NCBI GenBank assembly: GCA_965205015.1
Contig: OZ242029.1
Coordinates: 3,520,001-3,584,000, forward strand
Length of the DNA stretch: 64,000 nucleotides
DNA from: Candidatus Poribacteria bacterium
GTDB lineage: Bacteria; Poribacteria; WGA-4E; WGA-3G
Direction: 5' to 3'
Position numbers and translations under genes: made by a program. Below, in pieces: positions 38,406 to 48,695 of the stretch (position 1 is the stretch's first letter; each line of letters opens with the position of its first letter). The notes below the pieces were generated by a model. That model did no database searches. It saw only the letters and a program-made list of their open reading frames with translations, and had not been told where the DNA came from.

Positions 38406-39602
38406 TTAGCGCATCGCGAGATTTGTGAGCAATGCCATGCCGTAAATCATACTATTTTCGTCAATGTCGAACTGTGGGTGGTGACACATATTCACAATGC
38501 CTTTTTCTTCGTTCCCTGCGCCTACCATCACGAAGCACGCTGGAATTTTTTGTGAATAGTATCCGAAATCTTCACCCCCAAGTATCGGAGACATTGGAAA
38601 TATGAGATTGTCCTCACCAACCAACCCGCCTGCTGTGGAGATAACTGTGTTGACACACGGTTCGTGGTTGTAGGTTACCGGGTACCCTTCTTGATAATCG
38701 AATGTATAAATTGCGTCGTGTGCATCTGCGAATCCAGCGAGGAGGCTCTCTAATTGTTCTCGGACGCGTGTCTGTACCGCTTTTTGGAGTGTGCGGACTG
38801 TTCCACCGATCAGGGCTTTCGGAGGAATAACGTTAAGTGCAGCACCCGTGAGCCCGTTTTGCAAGTTTGCGTCCCCTCCATGGAATTGTGTGACGCTGAT
38901 TACTGCTGAGTCCAGTGGATTCACGTTTCTCGAAATGATAGACTGGAGTGCCGTCACAAACTGTGCGCTTATCACAATCGGATCGACAGTGAGGTGCGGG
39001 AACGCCGCATGTCCGCCTCTGCCTGTGAGTGTGATGTGAAACGTATCAGACTGTGCGAGCATTGGACCGGGGCACGTCGCGTATTCTCCAACAGCGAAGA
39101 GTGGAAAGACGTGTATCCCGTAGATTTCATCTACGTCTTCCAACGCACCATCTGCGATCATCGCGGGTGCGCCGCCCGGTAATGCCTCTTCGCTCGGTTG
39201 AAAGATAAATCTAACGTGTGTTTTGAGGCTGCTTCGGAGCTCTGAAAGGATTCGGGCTGTGCCGATGAGCATCGCCGTGTGTGCATCGTGTCCACAGAGG
39301 TGTGCTTTTCCATCAATCTTAGATTTAAAGGGAACATCGGTGAGTTCTTGGATCGGGAGTGCGTCCATATCTGCGCGTAAGGCTATCCGTTTGGTTGCTC
39401 CCGGCACTTCCAAATCCCCGACAACGCCTGTTCTACCGATTCCTGTTTTAACGGGAATTTCGAGTGCTTGCAGGGCATCAGCGGCGATACCTGCTGTGCG
39501 GTGTACATCAAACCCCAATTCAGGATACTGATGGATGTCCCGTCGGATGGCAACGATGCCATTAAAATGTTGGCGACATTGTTCAAAAATTTGATCTTTC
39601 AT
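38406..39602 (-). CDS. M20 family amidohydrolase
   Basis: RADMDALP, CGHDAH, FQPSEE, GEDF, HHP. Confidence 0.92.
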   Translation of the reverse strand: MKDQIFEQCRQHFNGIVAIRRDIHQYPELGFDVHRTAGIAADALQALEIPVKTGIGRTGVVGDLEVPGATKRIALRADMDALPIQELTDVPFKSKIDGKAHLCGHDAHTAMLIGTARILSELRSSLKTHVRFIFQPSEEALPGGAPAMIADGALEDVDEIYGIHVFPLFAVGEYATCPGPMLAQSDTFHITLTGRGGHAAFPHLTVDPIVISAQFVTALQSIISRNVNPLDSAVISVTQFHGGDANLQNGLTGAALNVIPPKALIGGTVRTLQKAVQTRVREQLESLLAGFADAHDAIYTFDYQEGYPVTYNHEPCVNTVISTAGGLVGEDNLIFPMSPILGGEDFGYYSQKIPACFVMVGAGNEEKGIVNMCHHPQFDIDENSMIYGMALLTNLAMR

Positions 39603-39603
39603 A

Positions 39604-39660
39604 TTTTTAATTTACCTTGCGGGAGAACAACGTGGTTTTAGACTTTGACGCGTATTTCTT
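39604..39660. repeat. Partial copy of the MITE-like element end
   Basis: TTTTTAATTTACCTTGCGGGAGAACAACGTG nearly identical to 16633-16664; abuts the amidohydrolase start codon. Confidence 0.7.
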
Positions 39661-39698
39661 AAGGATCGCTTTCCACTTCGTTAATGACTCATGTAAAG

Positions 39699-41270
39699 TT
39701 AGAAGGTGAGTGTCCGACGCAGAATACTTTGATGTCCGTGTTCATTCTCAAGTCGATAGATGATCGTATAAATCCCTGGCATCGTTTGAAAGACCCTGTT
39801 ATCCAGTTCGGGTCTCAATTCTACCTCAGTTGAACCATCATCCGGGATGATCTTTTTTTGGGTGAATGGACCGTAACACCTTTCTCCTAAAGGATTAAGG
39901 ACTTTCCATGTCAAGGTGAGTTGCTTAGGACGTGGAGGGTTATTGATATAGATGGTAATTTTATCGTCCATCTGCCCGTTTTCAAGGTTCAGGGTTCCCA
40001 ATTTGGAAAACAACTTCACTGTCAAGGTGAGTGGCGGCACATATTCCAAATAGCCTCTACCGGGTATGGCGCGCCAGGTACCACCTGTCGCGAGTGCGAT
40101 CTGCCGGATCGGTAAATAATCAATCCCGATGACATCGACACGCACTTGTGCGTTTTGTAGGGTTTCAATAACCTGATCCAAACTGTAAGCAGATTTTCCA
40201 TCGTAGTCAGCATCATGAAAAGCCCCATCACTCGCGAGCACAATGAACCGTTGTGCGTCTTTCCGGAATTTGGTTTCTGTTACCGCGGTCATAAGTCCGT
40301 CTAAACCGGCTTCTGCGATATCTCCACCACCGTCAACCCCTATTTTAAAGAGCCAGTTTTTGAAGGTTCCAAGATCGTCGGTGCGTCCATATTTTCTCGT
40401 TTCGTCCGTGAAAGTCACCAGTCCAAAAGTAGCATCATGTCCTTCTCGCTTGAACGCTTCAAATAGAAAATCGACATAGGCACGAATACCGCGGATGTTG
40501 TCTATCATACTTGCCGTTTCATCAAGAACAAAAACAACATCAACTTTTTTCGTCACGCTTGCTTCAGCAAGCGTTCGGGCAACGTCTTTCATCATATAGA
40601 CGAAAACGCCCCCTACATTGGCACTCCCAGAAGTGCCGCCGCCTCCCCAAGAGTTGCCCATACCGGTCGCTCGGAGTGCGTCCCCACGTTCACTGCCGTA
40701 GTGAATCTTCGGTGCGTCAACAGTTGGTGAGGTGCCACCTAATAAGGTATCATCGGTATTTAAAGAGACCGGTTTGGTTTCTCCTTGTGGTGCTACGTAG
40801 TCTGTTTCTGGTGTGGAGGGCAAGGTAACCGTTGGTTGATTGAGGGATTTTACCGCCAATCGGCTTTCAGGGGCATAGCCGGTTGGTTTCCCGACGACGG
40901 GATTCAATTGTGATAACCCATCTCCGATCTGTCGCGCTCGATTTGCGTTTTCTTGTCTACGTGTTTCAGGATTTGAAACTTCTGGTACGTCTTGCGTTTG
41001 CGATTGCCACGCTGCGCTGAGACCTGCTTTCGGTTTCGGTGGGGGTTTGGGTTTCTCTTTTTCGACGACAACGGGTGCCGCAGGTTCAATAACGGGTAAT
41101 TGTCTAATTGGGAGTGGGGGTCGTTCAACGTGGGTTATCGCAGCTTCTATCTCGTCAATGAACGGCAGCACAGGAACGTGTTGGGGAGCCATCCACCACA
41201 TTATGAGTAGCAGTGTGACGTGGGTGCTGAGTGAGTATATTAGGTATAAGGGTGTTCTTCTATTTCTCAT
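39699..41270 (-). CDS. Membrane-anchored von Willebrand factor A domain protein
   Basis: N-terminal TM with SxxxH and Pro-rich linker; VVFVLDETASM MIDAS-like motif. Confidence 0.8.
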   Translation of the reverse strand: MRNRRTPLYLIYSLSTHVTLLLIMWWMAPQHVPVLPFIDEIEAAITHVERPPLPIRQLPVIEPAAPVVVEKEKPKPPPKPKAGLSAAWQSQTQDVPEVSNPETRRQENANRARQIGDGLSQLNPVVGKPTGYAPESRLAVKSLNQPTVTLPSTPETDYVAPQGETKPVSLNTDDTLLGGTSPTVDAPKIHYGSERGDALRATGMGNSWGGGGTSGSANVGGVFVYMMKDVARTLAEASVTKKVDVVFVLDETASMIDNIRGIRAYVDFLFEAFKREGHDATFGLVTFTDETRKYGRTDDLGTFKNWLFKIGVDGGGDIAEAGLDGLMTAVTETKFRKDAQRFIVLASDGAFHDADYDGKSAYSLDQVIETLQNAQVRVDVIGIDYLPIRQIALATGGTWRAIPGRGYLEYVPPLTLTVKLFSKLGTLNLENGQMDDKITIYINNPPRPKQLTLTWKVLNPLGERCYGPFTQKKIIPDDGSTEVELRPELDNRVFQTMPGIYTIIYRLENEHGHQSILRRTLTF

Positions 41271-41323
41271 TGCATCAACCTATGGCTTGTCTCCAGCAGT
41301 CTATGTGCTTAGGAAAACTAAAA

Positions 41324-42277
41324 CTATAGATGAAACTCAACCACATCCCCATCATAAATGACATCATTGCGACTAACGGATTGTCCATCGTGCCAGTGGG
41401 GTCCCCATATCCGTGCGAACCTGAATTCGGCAAAATCTTTGTGTAGTTCCATAGCAGCTTCCAGCACGGTTGCGCCTGTAGGGAGAACGATGGGATCATC
41501 ACGTTCTATGGCTTTACCGGGTGCCTTCGGATAAATACGCAAGATGTCTAATTCCGTGTAGATTGCTTGCGATAAACGCTCTTTACCCGCACCGGTTTCA
41601 GCAGAAATCGGATGGATTTGAAACATATTCTCATAGAATTCTTTGAGAATTTCCAGCCGTTCTTCTGCGCCTATGGTGTCGAGTTGATTGGCGACGACGA
41701 GAGGTCCACTCTCCGAGGTCTCACGGTCTGCCTCCTTAAGAAACGCTACCACCGTATCAAGGTCATCCAATAGATTATCGCTCGCGAGACTTACAATCGG
41801 CAGAACGAGGTCAGCGTTGCGAGTGAGCGTTAGAACTGTTGATGAAATGAAGTCCGGCAGAATAGAAGGTGTATCAATGAGTTGGAATTGGATGTTCTCG
41901 TAGCGTAGCATTCCGATTGTTGGCAGGGTCGTCGTATAGGGCGTTGGCGACACCTCTGGTTTGGCGTTCGTAAAGTTTGATAGAATTTGTGATTTGCCAC
42001 CGTTCGGTGGTCCTATCAAAACGATCTGCCCGGCTCCCTGCTTTGGAATGTGTTCACTGTGACTTCTTCTACTGGCTCCCTTGCCTCCTTTTTCTGAGGG
42101 GCCTCTTTTGTAACTGGCAATGCGGCGACGGAGGTCGGAAACCACCTTCTCTGAACCTTTATGCTTCGGAATGATGCGTAACATTTCCTCTAAGAGGCTC
42201 AATCGTTCTTCATCTGTTTTGGCAGCTTCATGCTGGTGCTTGAGTTTATAGTAGGTCGGGGGTAGATTTGCTGGCAT
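41324..42277 (-). CDS. DRG-like OBG-family GTPase with TGS domain
   Basis: MPANLPP start, IPKHKG, GPPNGGKS, PYTT, IQFQLIDTP, C-terminal TGS DGDVVE. Confidence 0.85.
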   Translation of the reverse strand: MPANLPPTYYKLKHQHEAAKTDEERLSLLEEMLRIIPKHKGSEKVVSDLRRRIASYKRGPSEKGGKGASRRSHSEHIPKQGAGQIVLIGPPNGGKSQILSNFTNAKPEVSPTPYTTTLPTIGMLRYENIQFQLIDTPSILPDFISSTVLTLTRNADLVLPIVSLASDNLLDDLDTVVAFLKEADRETSESGPLVVANQLDTIGAEERLEILKEFYENMFQIHPISAETGAGKERLSQAIYTELDILRIYPKAPGKAIERDDPIVLPTGATVLEAAMELHKDFAEFRFARIWGPHWHDGQSVSRNDVIYDGDVVEFHL

Positions 42278-42317
42278 GTGTGTCCACTTCCATCCTTGCG
42301 CGTACGGATTCAGCAGA

Positions 42318-42365
42318 ATCGCGAGCACGCGGAAACACCCTATCAAAAACACTCGCTCCTACAAG
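42318..42365 (-). repeat. REP-like hairpin with A/C-rich loop insert
   Basis: ATCGCGAGC[ACGCGGAAACACCCTATCAAAAAC]ACTCGCTCCTACAAG. Confidence 0.75.
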
Positions 42366-42379
42366 CAGAGCATCAGTTA

Positions 42380-42408
42380 TTTACAATCACGGCAGAATCT
42401 GTTATAAT
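42380..42408 (+). promoter_or_regulatory. Sigma70-type promoter
   Basis: TTTACA-N17-TATAAT with TG extension. Confidence 0.55.
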
Positions 42409-42449
42409 GTAAAGCAATTCTGTAAATAGGATACCTAATTTTCGTTCTT

Positions 42450-44057
42450 ATGTCAAGGCAATTAAGGCGGGGTCTACACGCTCCTCTAAAGAACCACCGA
42501 ATTTTTTTCCTTCTTGTATTTATTTCCTTTCCCATTATGGCGGAAGAGGGCAATCAGCCCTTGAGTCGTGGTGATGAACTGCTCACGTTAGTGCAATCCG
42601 ATGCGCTTAAAGCCCAGGTGATGGCGTTGCAGGAGAACTTGGCATCAGGACGAAACTTGCGACCCCATCGTACACGTAACGCCCACCACCGCGAGGCGAC
42701 GGATGACATTGTGCATTACGTTATGCATCAGTTTCGCCGTTCTCCGCGTCTGGAAGTTAGCGAGCAGGTGTTTGGAGGCATTAGAAACGTAACGGCTGTC
42801 TTGCCAGCGATGCCGACTTCATCCAGCAACCGTATCTTCATCATCTGTGCGCATTACGACACACAAGCTGTGCGTGAACCGAATTGGAATCCATTAACGT
42901 CCACTGCCCCGGGAGCAAATGATAACGGGACGGGTGTCGCTGCGATGCTGGAAATTGCTTACCTTTTAAGCCGTTATGAATACGAACATGAAATACGATT
43001 TATCGCGTTAGGGGGTGAGGAACTCGGTTTCCTTGGGAGCCGACACTATGTTCGAGAGGCTTCTGTTACAGGCGGGGGTGGCGAGACGGATCGGGTTCGC
43101 AAAAAGATCGTTGGTGTTTTTAATCTCGACATGTTGGGTTTCAATTGGAAAACCGACCTCGTTGAAATTATTACCAACAATGATTCTGCTTGGATAGGTC
43201 GTGCCCTCATAATTGCAAACACATGGTATAGCGTTGGCTTGAAGATTCGTCGAACGCAAGATGAATTCGTTGATATTTCCTCTCACAAATCGTTCTGGGA
43301 TGGCGATTACGATGCAGTCACTTTAACTGAAAGTTCCACGCCGTGGCGGGATTCTCAAAACTACAATGCCAATCCTTTCTATCACACGTCTCAGGATACC
43401 GTGGATAAGGTTAATTTCGGTTTGGTGAGGAAAGTCACCCAACTTGTGCTTGTTACGGTGGATAGTCTGCTCACATCAATGTTCCATCCGACGCGACAGA
43501 TTCCACAGGTGACATTGGAAGTTCCATCGACTACGAAAGAAAATCAATTGGAAATTAAGGGAACGTTTCGTTCAGGTTTTCCAATTGATATTATTGTCTA
43601 TCCGAGCCAGACACTGGCGGTTTTAGATCGAGAGACGCAAACTTATACTGCAACAGTGCCGTTAAGCCCCGGAAAGAACACGCTTCGCGCGACAGTGCGA
43701 TATCCACTGGGTGCCGTCTCCGTCGAGAAGTCCGTTATTTTGACGCAGCCGTTTGCTTGGGAAGATGTAATTGTGTTTCCGAACCCGACGCGTTCAGACG
43801 GTTTGACTGAATTTCGAGTTGCCGCAAACGTAGATATAACAGACCTACGGGTCCTTATCTATGATTCGGGGGGTAATTTGATAAAGCGGATTGAAGGCGT
43901 CGCTGACAGACTGGATCAACGGATCTGGCGGACGTGGTGGAATCAGCAAACCTCCTATGGATTAGCGGTATCTCCGGGGGTTTATGTCTGCCATATTTCG
44001 GTCGTTTCAAAGGGTGAAACGTATATGTATCTGGAGAAGTTGGCAATTTTTCGGTAG
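42450..44057 (+). CDS. M28 family peptidase with C-terminal Ig/FlgD-like (T9SS-CTD-like) domain
   Basis: AHYD, GANDNGTG, GEELG, NLDM, PFYHT; tail VIVFPNP...SPGVYVCHI. Confidence 0.85.
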   Translation: MSRQLRRGLHAPLKNHRIFFLLVFISFPIMAEEGNQPLSRGDELLTLVQSDALKAQVMALQENLASGRNLRPHRTRNAHHREATDDIVHYVMHQFRRSPRLEVSEQVFGGIRNVTAVLPAMPTSSSNRIFIICAHYDTQAVREPNWNPLTSTAPGANDNGTGVAAMLEIAYLLSRYEYEHEIRFIALGGEELGFLGSRHYVREASVTGGGGETDRVRKKIVGVFNLDMLGFNWKTDLVEIITNNDSAWIGRALIIANTWYSVGLKIRRTQDEFVDISSHKSFWDGDYDAVTLTESSTPWRDSQNYNANPFYHTSQDTVDKVNFGLVRKVTQLVLVTVDSLLTSMFHPTRQIPQVTLEVPSTTKENQLEIKGTFRSGFPIDIIVYPSQTLAVLDRETQTYTATVPLSPGKNTLRATVRYPLGAVSVEKSVILTQPFAWEDVIVFPNPTRSDGLTEFRVAANVDITDLRVLIYDSGGNLIKRIEGVADRLDQRIWRTWWNQQTSYGLAVSPGVYVCHISVVSKGETYMYLEKLAIFR

Positions 44058-44068
44058 TGAAGAAGGCT

Positions 44069-44098
44069 TTGACAAATTGCGGCAGACTATGTTAAAAT
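44069..44098 (+). promoter_or_regulatory. Sigma70-type promoter
   Basis: TTGACA-N18-TAAAAT with TG extension. Confidence 0.55.
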
Positions 44099-44190
44099 AG
44101 ACTATACAAAAATGGGGATAAAGGAAGATCAGACACTGGTTGAACAGATCACAGCGGGACAGAATTTGTTGCGTGTAAGGAGACAAGTTG

Positions 44191-45534
44191 ATGAGGAAAA
44201 GTATAGGTTTCTGTATTCTCTTGGTATCTACTGTAGTCTTGGTCTCTTCTTGTGCTCAACCGATTAACCAACAGAGCGACCTTGACCTGTTGATTGCTAT
44301 TGAAAATGCGCTTGTGAATGTCGTAACTCAGAGTAAGCCCGCAATTGTTGGCATTTTCGTTGAGGGTATGGAAGGGGCTCAATCTCAAGATCGGGTGGGT
44401 TCGGGTTTTATTTTTCGCAAAGAGGGGTACATTCTTACGAACCATCATGTTGTTCATGATGCGAGATATATCACGGTAACGTTGTTAGATGGTAGTAGAT
44501 TTGCGGCGGAGCTCGTTGGAACGGATCTAAACACGGATGTCGCAGTTCTAAAGATTGAGCGAGACGAAGCGTTTCCTGTTATTCCTTTGGCTGATTCCTC
44601 AAGGGTCCAGGTCGGGCAATTTGCGATTGCTATTGGCAATCCATTTGGGCTTGATTACACTGTGACAACGGGGGTTGTGAGTGGTAAGAGCCGATCAATT
44701 CTCCGCGGATTTAGTTTTATTCGATACCAAGACTTCATTCAAACAGATGCTTGGATTAATACGGGGAGTAGTGGAGGACCGTTGCTGAATATTCGAGGTG
44801 AAGTTATCGGTATCAACGCACTCATTCGGCGTATTAATGATGAAAATACACCTGCTCCCGCGATGGCAGGTGCAGGGTTCGCTATTCCAATTAACCTTGT
44901 TAAGAGCGTTGGGAATCAGCTCATTGCGAATGGGCGGGTCATTCGGGGTTATCTCGGTATAGAGATGCGGGAAGCGAGAGGGGGCATTCGCGTTAGACGT
45001 ATCTTTAGGGATACACCGGCATACCTCGGGGGTCTGCGACGCAACGATATTATTTTCCAATACAACGGTAATACGGTGAAAAAAGTTGTTGAACTCCAAA
45101 TGCTCGTAGCCGAATCACAAGTGGGGGAGCGCTCTGTTATCAAAGTTTTGAGGCAAGGGCATGAAAGAACACTCAATGTCACTATTGGAGAAATGCCATC
45201 CGAATTGGCGGGACAGACTGTTGAAATTAAGTCTGTCGCTTGGGAAGTACTCGGTTTATCGGTGCGGAAATTACAAGCGGGAGACTTTGAGAGGTATACG
45301 TACCTGACCAATGAAGATAGCGGTGTTATTGTTGAAAGGGTTAAGGTAGATGGACCCGGATACGACGGAAAGATACCGAATGGGGCGCTTATTGTCGCGA
45401 TCAATGACCAGAAAATCACAGACGTACGGGCTTTTGAAGCACTTCTTCAGGCAAATCAAGATGCCGAGAAATTAATTCTTGACATTAAAAGTAGTCATGG
45501 GGCAGAGAGGATAACTGTTAAACTCGGAGATTAG
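44191..45534 (+). CDS. HtrA/Do-family serine protease with two PDZ domains (possible lipoprotein)
   Basis: TNHHV, DVAVLK, IQTDA.IN.GSSGGPL; VSSC lipobox-like motif. Confidence 0.9.
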   Translation: MRKSIGFCILLVSTVVLVSSCAQPINQQSDLDLLIAIENALVNVVTQSKPAIVGIFVEGMEGAQSQDRVGSGFIFRKEGYILTNHHVVHDARYITVTLLDGSRFAAELVGTDLNTDVAVLKIERDEAFPVIPLADSSRVQVGQFAIAIGNPFGLDYTVTTGVVSGKSRSILRGFSFIRYQDFIQTDAWINTGSSGGPLLNIRGEVIGINALIRRINDENTPAPAMAGAGFAIPINLVKSVGNQLIANGRVIRGYLGIEMREARGGIRVRRIFRDTPAYLGGLRRNDIIFQYNGNTVKKVVELQMLVAESQVGERSVIKVLRQGHERTLNVTIGEMPSELAGQTVEIKSVAWEVLGLSVRKLQAGDFERYTYLTNEDSGVIVERVKVDGPGYDGKIPNGALIVAINDQKITDVRAFEALLQANQDAEKLILDIKSSHGAERITVKLGD

Positions 45535-45541
45535 CGAAAAC

Positions 45542-47551
45542 ATGGAGATAGTGAATCAGACTATGGCAGAAACATCACAAAACATCACCCTCAGAGACAT
45601 ATTTAGTCCCGGCGGTCTCATTTCCCAACAACTTGAGGAATACGAATTTCGCCAAGAACAATTACAGATGGCACACGAGGTCGCTCGTGCCTTTACAGCA
45701 TCTGAACATCTGATTGTTGAGGCTGGGACCGGTGTCGGTAAAAGTTTTGCGTATCTAATTCCGGCAATTTCCCTCGCTCTGAAATCGGAGCAGAAGGTCG
45801 TTATTTCGACGAATACTATCAGTCTACAGGAGCAACTCGTAACGAAAGATATTCCTTTTCTGCAGCGTGTACTCCCGCGCGATTTCAATGTCGTTCTGGC
45901 AAAGGGACGGCGTAATTATCTCTCGCGGAGAAGACTCAAAAATTTGATGAATTATGAGCGAGGATTGTTTGATACACGTGAAGAAGTAGAGGAAATTGCA
46001 GAGATTGAAGCGTGGGTGGATCGAACGGTAGATGGCAGCAGGGCTGACCTACCTTGGCAACCGCAACCCCAGGTGTGGGATAAAGTTGCTTCTGATAGAG
46101 ATAATTGTCTTGGACGTAATTGCGAGACTTACGATATTTGTTTCTATTTCAAAGCCCGAAGAGAAATGTACAACGCCGACGTGCTTATTGTGAATCATCA
46201 TTTACTCTTTAGCGATCTCGCAATACGTAAAGATAGTGAAGCGGCTATGGGTGTGCTACCTGATTACGATTATCTCATAATTGATGAAGCACATCACTTA
46301 GAAGCGACAGCCACGAACCATGCCAGCATCGACTTCAGTAATACTCGCGTCAAATGGCTTCTCGATTCTCTGTACAATGAACGAAGCAAAGAAGGCTTAG
46401 CCAAACAATTCAATTCACCACACTTGCAAACTCAAGTCGAAACGGCACGTGAACAGGCAAATACTCTCTTCAAAACAATTATTGAGGCTGTGCAAGGAGA
46501 TATTGACAGCGAAGAGAGTCATAACGCCCTGACTCCGCGTATCCATAAAAGCAATTTCGTCAGGAATATACTGGACGAACCCCTCGCCGATATTGTGAAA
46601 ACCTTGAAACGCCTTCGCGACGATGCTATGACGGACGATGATGAACAGGAAATTACAGCGCATGAACACTATTGTCAACGCCTTCGTGCCGAATTGGATA
46701 TGATAATTCAGCAGAGCGATCCGAATTATGTCTATTGGGCTGAGATATCGACACGCGGACGAACCCCTCGTATCCTTCTCAACGCCACACCAGCGAATGT
46801 GAATCAGATGTTGCAGGATCATCTGTTCACCGTAAAAAATAGCGTCGTGATGACGAGTGCTACACTTTCTACAAATCGCAACTTCGCTTACTTTAAAAAA
46901 CGGGTCGGGATAAGTGAGTGTCGTGAGCTTCTTGCCAATTCGCCATTCGACTTTAAGCGGCAGGTCCAGATCCATATCCCGCGTAATATGCCGCATCCGA
47001 ACAGTCATCAATTTGTCCCAGCGGCGATTGAAAGGATTAGACACTACCTCAAACTCACCCATGGCAAGGCGTTTGTTCTTTTTACAAGTTACAAAATGAT
47101 GGACGAAGTTTACGATGCTGTCGCACCGGATTTGGAGGAAATGGGGATTGAGACTTTCAAACAGGGAGGCGAGCTTTCGCGAACAGCGATGCTTCAGGCG
47201 TTTCGTGAGGATACAGACTCAGTCCTCTTTGGAACCTCCAGTTTCTGGGAGGGGGTTGACGTTCGCGGCGCGTCCCTCAGTAATGTTATCATTACCAGGC
47301 TCCCCTTTGAAGTGCCAACGCATCCGGTGATGGAAGCACGTGTGAAACAGATTAAGGAAGCGGGCGGGAACGAGTTCTTTGAATTCAGTCTACCGGAGGC
47401 GATATTGCGCTTAAAGCAGGGATTCGGACGGCTCATCCGGACGCAGACCGATACAGGGATTGTTGTGATTCTTGACCCGCGGATTAGAACGGCGAATTAC
47501 GGAAAACAATTTTTACAATCACTGCCGGACTGTGAGATAGTGGAAGAATAA
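45542..47551 (+). CDS. DinG/YoaA-family ATP-dependent helicase
   Basis: EAGTGVGKS, DEAH, SATL, FWEGVD, QGFGRLIR. Confidence 0.92.
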   Translation: MEIVNQTMAETSQNITLRDIFSPGGLISQQLEEYEFRQEQLQMAHEVARAFTASEHLIVEAGTGVGKSFAYLIPAISLALKSEQKVVISTNTISLQEQLVTKDIPFLQRVLPRDFNVVLAKGRRNYLSRRRLKNLMNYERGLFDTREEVEEIAEIEAWVDRTVDGSRADLPWQPQPQVWDKVASDRDNCLGRNCETYDICFYFKARREMYNADVLIVNHHLLFSDLAIRKDSEAAMGVLPDYDYLIIDEAHHLEATATNHASIDFSNTRVKWLLDSLYNERSKEGLAKQFNSPHLQTQVETAREQANTLFKTIIEAVQGDIDSEESHNALTPRIHKSNFVRNILDEPLADIVKTLKRLRDDAMTDDDEQEITAHEHYCQRLRAELDMIIQQSDPNYVYWAEISTRGRTPRILLNATPANVNQMLQDHLFTVKNSVVMTSATLSTNRNFAYFKKRVGISECRELLANSPFDFKRQVQIHIPRNMPHPNSHQFVPAAIERIRHYLKLTHGKAFVLFTSYKMMDEVYDAVAPDLEEMGIETFKQGGELSRTAMLQAFREDTDSVLFGTSSFWEGVDVRGASLSNVIITRLPFEVPTHPVMEARVKQIKEAGGNEFFEFSLPEAILRLKQGFGRLIRTQTDTGIVVILDPRIRTANYGKQFLQSLPDCEIVEE

Positions 47552-47554
47552 AAA

Positions 47555-47589
47555 AAGATGCCCGTGGAATACGTTTCCACGGGCATCTT
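47555..47589. terminator. Bidirectional intrinsic terminator
   Basis: Perfect 15-bp stem AAGATGCCCGTGGAA/TTCCACGGGCATCTT with A-run, between convergent genes. Confidence 0.8.
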
Positions 47590-47642
47590 AATGCTTGTCA
47601 ATAGCCCGAAATGCTATTTTCTCTGCGCGGGCACTCCAATAA

Positions 47643-48695
47643 TTAATAGCGTTTCGGTGATGGCTGCGCGACACGAATCCCGCGATCGTGCGTGAAGGGG
47701 AAATCAAATTCTAGCGTTCGATAGCGTTGTGCGGCTCCTGGCGGTGGGGCTTTTTCGATGGGTAGCACAACCTTTAATTCGACCGCATTCAGTTTCGTCT
47801 GTACAAATGGCAGGAAGCCTTCTGCACTCTTACCGGGCGGAATACCTGTCCGGCGTGTACCCACTTGCTTTTCAACGATAGGCATCCGTTTCTCGATTAA
47901 AATCCGTCGTGCAGTTGCAAGCCCATTTTTGACATAGAGTCCTGTTGCGCGCGCCATGTATAAGAAACGCTCCTCTAAATCATCGTAATCCATACCGTTA
48001 TAGATGTTCTCGTCTTGGTCGATGATTTGGCATTTTTTGACATCAAAGATAATGTTTTCACTCCGATTGTTCGTAATCTTCACGTAAAACACATCTGTTT
48101 TGTCACCTTGGTGGAGTGCTTCCGTCTCATAAAAAGGTGAAAAAGCATTTCCGCGATTGTACTTTCTGTCAAGGTCCGGTCGCCGCCAATACGCGATAGA
48201 AACGGTAATCCCATCCTCAGTTTTCGTTAGAATTGGCTGTCTTGATTGAACGTCAAACAGCTCGGGATGGTCAGACATCATGATGACATCAACGACTTTC
48301 CGATCTTCACCGGAGCCCCTTTCAATTTCTGTTTGAGTGTCTGTCCACGCATTGAGGAAGTCCCCCCACTGATCCTCGGCATGGGCATATTCGTCGAATG
48401 CGAAGATGTAAGTTATGGCTTCCATGTTGGCATCACGCGCTTTCCCAATTCGGAATCCGACAGTACTCATACCGTGTTGGTCAAGTACCGGCTTCGCGAG
48501 TACCTCAGAAGGAACAGCCGGAACAACTACCTCTTCAGTCGGATTTTCACTCTGTAACTCCAACGCTGTCGCTATGTTATGCACGGGTTGGATTGGTGAT
48601 AAATTACTGAGTGACGTACCACAACCCGCAATGCTAAAGGCGAGTGCAAATAGCAGCCCAAGATTGAGTGCTGTGAATTTATTCAACCATTTCAT
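47643..48695 (-). CDS. Hypothetical lipoprotein
   Basis: Lipobox IAGC after a hydrophobic stretch; AAGGAGG RBS. Confidence 0.75.
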   Translation of the reverse strand: MKWLNKFTALNLGLLFALAFSIAGCGTSLSNLSPIQPVHNIATALELQSENPTEEVVVPAVPSEVLAKPVLDQHGMSTVGFRIGKARDANMEAITYIFAFDEYAHAEDQWGDFLNAWTDTQTEIERGSGEDRKVVDVIMMSDHPELFDVQSRQPILTKTEDGITVSIAYWRRPDLDRKYNRGNAFSPFYETEALHQGDKTDVFYVKITNNRSENIIFDVKKCQIIDQDENIYNGMDYDDLEERFLYMARATGLYVKNGLATARRILIEKRMPIVEKQVGTRRTGIPPGKSAEGFLPFVQTKLNAVELKVVLPIEKAPPPGAAQRYRTLEFDFPFTHDRGIRVAQPSPKRY

